Source: Escherichia phage SP27. From it: a DNA stretch of 64,000 nt. Positions 57,561-64,000 of the stretch are shown here, in pieces. The stretch lies in sequence record LC494302.1. The stretch is one strand, 5' to 3'. The first letter of the stretch is position 1. Each line of letters opens with the position of its first letter. The notes beneath the pieces were generated by a model. The model ran no database searches and was not told the DNA's origin. It saw only the letters and a list, made by a program, of their open reading frames with translations. The position numbers and the translations under genes are program-made.

Positions 57561-57956
57561 TTATAAAGACGATACTGAATATGTTGCCATTCTGTTATTA
57601 CTTCTTGCATCGAATACAATAGTAAGTTCTTCTAATGTATCCAATACTACGTACTGTAATACAATATTCATTTGGTATCCATATTCTATTCTTGAAATTT
57701 GCAATTTCTTAAGATTTAAGCGTGGATCTAAGCTAATTATTCTACGGGCATCTGCTTCCAAAAGGTTGATAGTATTATAACCTTCCAATTCAAACAGCAA
57801 ATCCCATGCAATAAAACCATAGTCAGCATCAAATGCTCTTTCGCCTTTTTTTGTATTGAAATGATTCATTAAATCTTGGCGAACCAATTCACTATCATAC
57901 AATGTTTCAGTTCTACCCACTACTGGGGTAGAAAAACCTTTAAAAACAACTGCCAT
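57561..57956 (-). CDS. Baseplate wedge protein, gp25 / GPW family
   Basis: 131 aa; GERAFDADYGFIAWDLLFE…ADARRIISLDPR matches the gp25-type G-R-F-P-FG core; RBS AAAGGAAA. Confidence 0.75.
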   Translation of the reverse strand: MAVVFKGFSTPVVGRTETLYDSELVRQDLMNHFNTKKGERAFDADYGFIAWDLLFELEGYNTINLLEADARRIISLDPRLNLKKLQISRIEYGYQMNIVLQYVVLDTLEELTIVFDARSNNRMATYSVSSL

Positions 57957-57971
57957 TGACTATTTCCTTTA

Positions 57972-58460
57972 TTATACGGATTCAACAATACGTGCCATCT
58001 TTTCCGCTCTTGAAGTGGTTTGTTTATACCATGTACTATCACGCAATTCCTTACCAGCAGTTTTATAATCAGCCTTACCTAATGCGGTCATTGCTTTTTT
58101 AAATTTTAAAACTTTGGTTTTGCCCATCTGGAATACCATCAACCATAATACACGTTGAACCTGTATAGGTGCGGTCATACCAAATTGTTCATAAATTGAT
58201 TTTGCATCATTGTACGCAGTTTGAGCATCTTTAAGAAGAAGTTGGTCAGCTTGTGCTTCTGTTAAACCATTCTTGAAATTTTCACCAGGTAAAACTAGGT
58301 GACCATAGCCAATTGTATCAAGACCTAAGCTGTCTTTATATACCCAAAACTTATCATTTTTAAAATAACCAAGTTTTTTCTGATAAGCAATAGTTCCTTC
58401 AAATTCTTTAATTTCCTTAAAAAATTGCTCATCTGTATTTTTAATTTCCCATTTACTCAT
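57972..58460 (-). CDS. T4-type lysozyme (GH24), stand-alone
   Basis: FEGTIAYQ…YKDSLGLDTIGYGH catalytic E/D/T triad, MVFQMG, STWYKQTTSRAEKMARIV. Confidence 0.85.
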   Translation of the reverse strand: MSKWEIKNTDEQFFKEIKEFEGTIAYQKKLGYFKNDKFWVYKDSLGLDTIGYGHLVLPGENFKNGLTEAQADQLLLKDAQTAYNDAKSIYEQFGMTAPIQVQRVLWLMVFQMGKTKVLKFKKAMTALGKADYKTAGKELRDSTWYKQTTSRAEKMARIVESV

Positions 58461-58496
58461 AAAGATATCCTCGTTTTATTTATAGTACTAAAATAT

Positions 58497-61160
58497 TTAT
58501 TGACATGCCTCTAAACGACGAGCCATTAACTCAGCACGGCGAGTAGTTTGGCGATACCAAGCTGAATTACGTATTTGAGCAGCAGCTTGTTTATAATTAC
58601 CTTTAGCTAATTCAGACAACATAGTTTTAAATTTAAGTACCCCACCTTTACCCATCTGGAATACCATTTGGCATAGTACTTGTTGAGCCAAATAAGGTGT
58701 TTTCATGTTATATGAAGCATAAATTGATTTAGCATCATATATAGCTTTACTACTATCACGAACTAACATATCGTTGGCTTGCTGTTCAGTTATTCCATCT
58801 GAAAAGTTTTCACCACTAATAATCAAGTGACCATAACCAATAGTTGGATACCCACGACTATCCAAATAACGCCAGAATTTACCATTACGATAATATCCTT
58901 TTGCTTGTTGGTATTGTAATGTACCTTCATATTCTTTTAATTCAGAAATAAATTGTGCATCACCTGGAACAACTTTCCAATCGATTGCAGTTTTATCAAC
59001 ATTTCCAATATTATAGGTAGGTTGCTCCACCGGAGTTGTTGAAGCTCCACTTCTCTGTGTTCTTCTCCTACGAGGCACATGACGAGAACCACGTTGAGAA
59101 TATCCAGTACCTATCGTTTTGATTTTTGTTGTAACTACCAATTCATCACTATCAACTGAAGGTTGTACAACTGCTTTTGGAGCAGATTGATTAGTTGCTT
59201 GACCACCAATTAATGTTTTATTCGCCGCATCAGACCCTGTTCCTGTTTGTGAAGCATAAAATAATCCTGGGTCAACAGAACCACTGAATCCAAGAACATT
59301 TGCTGATGTAACACGAATTTCAAACTGTATGACACCATTTGCTTTTCCAACAACTTGACCTTTTTGAACAACATCTTTGTTTAATAAATCAGATTGAATA
59401 TTATAAAAAATAGATTTATATCCAGACTTATGTTGTATTAAAAGAGCACCATTAGTAATTACTACCACACCACCATCTGGTGCAACTACATCACCTTTAC
59501 ATTGTATTTCCCAACCTGAACGGTCTGCCTTTCCTCCACTTTGTGTTGGAACACCTTTCCCCCAGTAACCATATTGTCGAATAGTACCGCTACATGGCAT
59601 TAACATATGTAAACCTTCATATGTAATACTATATCCAGTCATCCCAGGATCAGATGTCATCAAATCTTGTGATTGAACTTGTTCAGTTTCTGATGTATAG
59701 TTAACAAACTGAACAGCTTCAGTGTCTTGTGCTACGGGTAATTCTGGTGATACATCATTTGCTGGTTGTGGTTGTACTGGTGATTCACTAGAACCACTTC
59801 CACCACCTTGTCTTGGTGGTTCAACATAACTACCATGATTTTCAGCGTTAACCCATGCAGCGATATCATGAATGTGTTCATTAAGACCAGCAGATGGTGT
59901 TCTAAAGTTTGGTGCAGTAAATTCAGCAGTACCGCTATTACCACCACTATTAACTGTTAATGTTTGACCACCACCACTAATAATTGCTGATGATGATCCA
60001 ATTAGGTTTGCAGATGTTGCGGCAGAAATAGAAGCATTTGAACCAGCCGTAATATCAGTACTGCTACCACTTTGCATACGTAATGATGCAGCCGTAACTA
60101 AACGAAGGTCTGCCCCAGAATTAACAACAACTTGTCCACCAACTTTTGCATCAAGAGCACCAATTAGATCTAATTTAGTATTTGCACCAACTCGTGCATT
60201 GAAATCTTGTCCGGTTTCAATATTATATGAACGTCCAGCAGTAATATTAATATCTTGACCAGCACGAATATTAATATTCTTATCACAGTGCATGTCAATA
60301 TCACCTTCACCAGTGAATTTTATACGTGCAGTGCCATCACGGTTAATTAAAAGAACATCACCAGTAGCTTCTGATAAAAGAAGTTGTGCACCACTACGTG
60401 TTTTTATTACGACACCTTCATTTTTACGAGAACCAACACGTGTATCGTTTACTGGGTTATTAAATTGTGTATCTTGATATCCATCTGGGTCTTGATCCCA
60501 CGTTGGTGCTGTTAATTCCTCTTCAGTATATCCATCATCAATAATAAAACTATTACCACGTGGCGAAGACATACCATATACAGTACTGGTGGTTTGTCGA
60601 GTACTACTACGATTCGCCAACCCAGCTTCTTCGTCATATAAAAGGTTTTGCTTTTTAAGACCTGCGATAATTGGAACGTTAGCATATTTGTCTTGCATAT
60701 CGGTAGTGATAGTGTTACGATCATAGTCAGTAACAGGAAGTGGCATATCAGTTCCACCATAATTACTTACTTCAGTTGCCATACCTGGAACCATAGTATT
60801 CATACGCTGGTCATATACACAACCAATCCAATATGCTTGGAATGTACGGGCTTGTGCAAAAATTACAACAACTGTACACCCTACGTCTGGTGGTACTGCC
60901 CAAAAACCGTATCCTTTTGGATATTGACCATATGCATCAGCACTTGGAATACCTGGTGTTTTACCAGCAAAAGGAGACATGTAAGATGCTTCTATCCATG
61001 ATTCTTTTGAGTTTTTATCACTTTGAGAACCTTGTATCCAAACTTTCAGTTTTCCTGATTTAGTTGGATCTCTGTTATCCATAACAGTTGCTAACTGCGG
61101 ATAAGATGGGTCAAAACGACCCAACTGCTGTTGTGCATACTTTTTACTTGTATCTGCCAT
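58497..61160 (-). CDS. Baseplate central spike (gp5/VgrG-like) with OB-fold, beta-helix, degenerate LytM/M23-like domain and C-terminal lysozyme domain
   Basis: OB-fold LKVWIQ…SPFAG…GFWAVPPDVGCTVVVIFA; V-x-G beta-helix repeats; M23-like segment with IQFEIR in place of HLHFE; C-terminal lysozyme paralogous to 57972-58460. Confidence 0.8.
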   Translation of the reverse strand: MADTSKKYAQQQLGRFDPSYPQLATVMDNRDPTKSGKLKVWIQGSQSDKNSKESWIEASYMSPFAGKTPGIPSADAYGQYPKGYGFWAVPPDVGCTVVVIFAQARTFQAYWIGCVYDQRMNTMVPGMATEVSNYGGTDMPLPVTDYDRNTITTDMQDKYANVPIIAGLKKQNLLYDEEAGLANRSSTRQTTSTVYGMSSPRGNSFIIDDGYTEEELTAPTWDQDPDGYQDTQFNNPVNDTRVGSRKNEGVVIKTRSGAQLLLSEATGDVLLINRDGTARIKFTGEGDIDMHCDKNINIRAGQDINITAGRSYNIETGQDFNARVGANTKLDLIGALDAKVGGQVVVNSGADLRLVTAASLRMQSGSSTDITAGSNASISAATSANLIGSSSAIISGGGQTLTVNSGGNSGTAEFTAPNFRTPSAGLNEHIHDIAAWVNAENHGSYVEPPRQGGGSGSSESPVQPQPANDVSPELPVAQDTEAVQFVNYTSETEQVQSQDLMTSDPGMTGYSITYEGLHMLMPCSGTIRQYGYWGKGVPTQSGGKADRSGWEIQCKGDVVAPDGGVVVITNGALLIQHKSGYKSIFYNIQSDLLNKDVVQKGQVVGKANGVIQFEIRVTSANVLGFSGSVDPGLFYASQTGTGSDAANKTLIGGQATNQSAPKAVVQPSVDSDELVVTTKIKTIGTGYSQRGSRHVPRRRRTQRSGASTTPVEQPTYNIGNVDKTAIDWKVVPGDAQFISELKEYEGTLQYQQAKGYYRNGKFWRYLDSRGYPTIGYGHLIISGENFSDGITEQQANDMLVRDSSKAIYDAKSIYASYNMKTPYLAQQVLCQMVFQMGKGGVLKFKTMLSELAKGNYKQAAAQIRNSAWYRQTTRRAELMARRLEACQ

Positions 61161-61173
61161 AATATTTTATTCC

Positions 61174-63423
61174 TTAATCAACTATACTATCGTGACGTTT
61201 GAGTGCACGAATTACAATTGCAGCTTGAATTTGTTGTGTAAAAGAACCACCTGCACCAAAATCATGAACAATTTTATTAACACGATAAATTGTTTGGTTA
61301 AATGTGGTTGGTGTATTAATATCCAAAACACCAGTGTTATCATTTATTGATATTACTGGTTGTAATTTTAGTAATAGATACGCTTCAGATGTTATATAAT
61401 TTGCTACATGATAATCATCTGGGTTAATTTCCATATCTTCACCATTAATTACTTGTTCTAGATATTGTAAGTAAGAGTAATCACTCCACCCTAACCAGTA
61501 CGGGTCGCCTACTACACGCATATCGAGTTTACACAAAAAAGGTCTATTGTAATAGTTGTCACGTATTTTACGTCTATCCATTTCATATGTGCTGCTGTTA
61601 TCGTTTAACGAAGCGGATAAAGTTGTTTCATTGTTAGTTGCTTCGGTTGGCATTGTGAACACTTCACCATAACGGTGACCAACACCATCAGTGCCACCAT
61701 CGTTTTCTTCATAAGTGGTTACATAATCTTCAATATATTGAGGTAAAACATTGACTTGATAGTTATTATAACGGTCTTGTTCTTCTGCGTTACCAACCTG
61801 CATTTGATTTTTTGCTAAAGTTTCAACTTCAGTTAACAATTGTTGTTGGGCTTGTGTTAACATCCCTCCTAAATCACGAGTTACACGTAAATCACTTGTT
61901 TTTGCCCATGCGTCTGGTATACTATTGTATTGTACACCTTGAATATTGAGTTCTTGGGATGTATGTGTACCTGCATGGTTCGCTACATCTTGTATCGGAC
62001 CAGGGTTACGTGTAGTGGCTACGAAAAATTGCTGATCAAATTTCAAATCCAAATCAAGTATCTCACTATTAAGTCCACTAAATTGATAATTATAAGTTTT
62101 CATGTTTATTTTTGGTTTTTGATCATTAGGATCTACGTATTTTTCTGCGTTCTCAAAAAAGTACTCAAATGTGAAATTTTCAGGTTGTAAATCCGATTCA
62201 TGAACAATATCACCTATTTTAAATCTAACAATATAAAAAATTACTTTATAAACAGAAGTATTACGATAATTATCAAAACCAACGTATTGTTTAACTGGTA
62301 TAATGTTTACAAATTGACGCACACTAGTACTATCATCGGCTTGTACAGTACATGTATCAATAACGTCATCAATAATTCGAGATATAGGAGTACTTGGGTT
62401 CCATGAAAAGTTTTTAGAACCTTGTGCACCACTTTTAGTTGTTCCGGCCTCTGCCATTTGTTTAGAATCATAGTTTATAAACAAATCTTGCAAATCTGGT
62501 GCTACTTTAAATTCGAAAAATTTACCTTCGGATAATTCACCAAATTTATATCTAAGATAACCATATTGTTGGTCAGCCATCTGATTTAATTTATCTTCTA
62601 AATCAAAACAGAAGTCACCAAAGTTTTCAGCAGTACAATTGAATGGTTCTTTTAAGGTCCATTCAATGTTATCAACTAAAGCTGCTCTATTATGAACTAA
62701 GTTCATAGTATACATCATAGTACTACCACTTTGTGAAGCACTTGCAGTAACACTATTAATTTTAACTGACCAGCGTCTTGTTGTTTCTGGGATAATTTCA
62801 GGTATTCCATTTTTATTAAAGCCAATAAACTTTAATTCCAAGATCAATGGCAAGTCCATAAATTTATGATATCTAAGTTTGTTACTTAACGAAATTAATT
62901 CATCATATAGACTCATACTATTATTTTCAGACATATTAAGTACTGCTGTATTAAAACAATAGTTTGTTGTCATTCCTGGTGTTGAAGGTCCAGCTTGTGT
63001 CATTTGTACACTAGTGATATTATATTTGCCAGTAACACCACTTTCTGATATCACATGTCGTTGCACTTCTGCATCTGGGTAAAGCCAAAAGTTTTTAAAA
63101 TCATCTTTATCTAAGGCAAATAAACAAAAGTGCCAAGTTGGGTTATCATATTTCAATAATTTATTGTCATACGGTATTACAAACTGACTTAAATCGAGAT
63201 CTTCATAAACTTGATCAACACTAGCACTTTGTTTTGGTAATGATACTACATTACTTACATTTGCTTTGTAATTATTTTTTGTAATAGTTTTTACATCATT
63301 TTGTAATGTATTTGCTGTAGCTTTCAAACTATCAAGTGCATTAGATGTGGTGGTTTTAGCCTTACCAGTAATACTTGTAATATCATTTTGAAAATTATCA
63401 ACTGTACTTCGTAAATCTGCCAT
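61174..63423 (-). CDS. Hub-associated structural protein (gp27-like position; function unassigned)
   Basis: 749 aa directly upstream of the spike gene; RBS GGAGTAA. Confidence 0.45.
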   Translation of the reverse strand: MADLRSTVDNFQNDITSITGKAKTTTSNALDSLKATANTLQNDVKTITKNNYKANVSNVVSLPKQSASVDQVYEDLDLSQFVIPYDNKLLKYDNPTWHFCLFALDKDDFKNFWLYPDAEVQRHVISESGVTGKYNITSVQMTQAGPSTPGMTTNYCFNTAVLNMSENNSMSLYDELISLSNKLRYHKFMDLPLILELKFIGFNKNGIPEIIPETTRRWSVKINSVTASASQSGSTMMYTMNLVHNRAALVDNIEWTLKEPFNCTAENFGDFCFDLEDKLNQMADQQYGYLRYKFGELSEGKFFEFKVAPDLQDLFINYDSKQMAEAGTTKSGAQGSKNFSWNPSTPISRIIDDVIDTCTVQADDSTSVRQFVNIIPVKQYVGFDNYRNTSVYKVIFYIVRFKIGDIVHESDLQPENFTFEYFFENAEKYVDPNDQKPKINMKTYNYQFSGLNSEILDLDLKFDQQFFVATTRNPGPIQDVANHAGTHTSQELNIQGVQYNSIPDAWAKTSDLRVTRDLGGMLTQAQQQLLTEVETLAKNQMQVGNAEEQDRYNNYQVNVLPQYIEDYVTTYEENDGGTDGVGHRYGEVFTMPTEATNNETTLSASLNDNSSTYEMDRRKIRDNYYNRPFLCKLDMRVVGDPYWLGWSDYSYLQYLEQVINGEDMEINPDDYHVANYITSEAYLLLKLQPVISINDNTGVLDINTPTTFNQTIYRVNKIVHDFGAGGSFTQQIQAAIVIRALKRHDSIVD

Positions 63424-63434
63424 ACGTTACTCCA

Positions 63435-63749
63435 TTAGCCTATGTTTCGAGTACCATTAAGATAATTCTGTACTCTTTGATTTGCTGGTATTCTAATTGT
63501 TACTCCACTTTTAAAATTATATATAGGATCTTCTCCTAGTATGTCTGGATTTAACAATGCGAAAATATAATATAAGCGTTCATTACCATACATTTCGTAT
63601 GCTAAACGCCAAGGTTGATATTCATATTTCAATGGGATCTCATAAAAATCATCAGTATCAGCCGGAACAATATCACGTGGTAAAGTATACCCAAGATACC
63701 ATGTTTGTTTCACCTTAGCGTAAGGTGAGTATTGACTATAGTTGGACAT
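63435..63749 (-). CDS. Small baseplate protein with a gpX-like LysM-type motif
   Basis: WRLAYEMYGNERLYYIFALLNPDILGEDPIYNFKSGVTIRIP resembles the P2 gpX pattern; RBS AAAGGAGG. Confidence 0.5.
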   Translation of the reverse strand: MSNYSQYSPYAKVKQTWYLGYTLPRDIVPADTDDFYEIPLKYEYQPWRLAYEMYGNERLYYIFALLNPDILGEDPIYNFKSGVTIRIPANQRVQNYLNGTRNIG

Positions 63750-64000
63750 TAAATGAATCCTCCTTTACGTAATAGTTCACCACGTTTGAATGCATTGAGG
63801 TTGAACGTTTTAGTCATATAATCCGATGTTGGTTGTTCTTCAAGTTGTAACATAACTGAGATTTTTTGTGGAACCCAAACTTCATCTTGTGGGTTCATAT
63901 ATCCAGTACTTCTAAGTTGTTCGAAGAATTTTCTACTATCCATGTCGGATAAATTAAAAGTACTATCGCTACTATTCAACGGAACTTGAATATAAGAAAC
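63749..64000 (-). CDS. 3' part of a minus-strand gene whose start lies beyond the window end; hypothetical
   Basis: Open frame runs to the window edge with no in-frame stop; stop overlaps the next gene's start. Confidence 0.4.
   Translation of the reverse strand, partial: VSYIQVPLNSSDSTFNLSDMDSRKFFEQLRSTGYMNPQDEVWVPQKISVMLQLEEQPTSDYMTKTFNLNAFKRGELLRKGGFI

Overview
The window reads as a contiguous piece of a large, AT-rich, T4-related myovirus genome, probably of a gammaproteobacterial (enterobacterial-type) host; all calls are from reading the sequence and motif recall, with no database search. Left to right: (1) an early/accessory island (1-6000) with a host-like CCA-adding enzyme lacking the HD domain, a frameshifted NUDIX gene, a glutaredoxin, a DarG/TARG1-like macrodomain and a T4 gp1-like dNMP kinase; (2) a plus-strand tail block with sheath (6107-8770) and three tube-like paralogs, followed by acidic proteins of unknown role; (3) a perfect 2 x 94 bp promoter duplication (plus a diverged third copy) upstream of a MoxR-like AAA+/vWA-HExxH pair with host-like codon usage; (4) a small nucleotide-metabolism group ending in thymidylate synthase; (5) a minus-strand receptor-binding cassette (23077-35830) with several fibers and spikes, including a repeat-rich 1841-aa fiber; (6) a host-like ClpA homolog under an early promoter; (7) a minus-strand baseplate block with a 3333-aa giant protein, gp6-like and gp25-like wedge proteins, a lysozyme, and a gp5-like central spike with peptidoglycan-hydrolase domains C-terminal to the needle. 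No tRNA, rRNA, CRISPR array or transposase was seen. The most interesting candidates are the promoter array with its MoxR/vWA pair, the unusual spike architecture with a tandem lysozyme paralog, the giant baseplate-block protein, and the anti-defence-like accessory genes.
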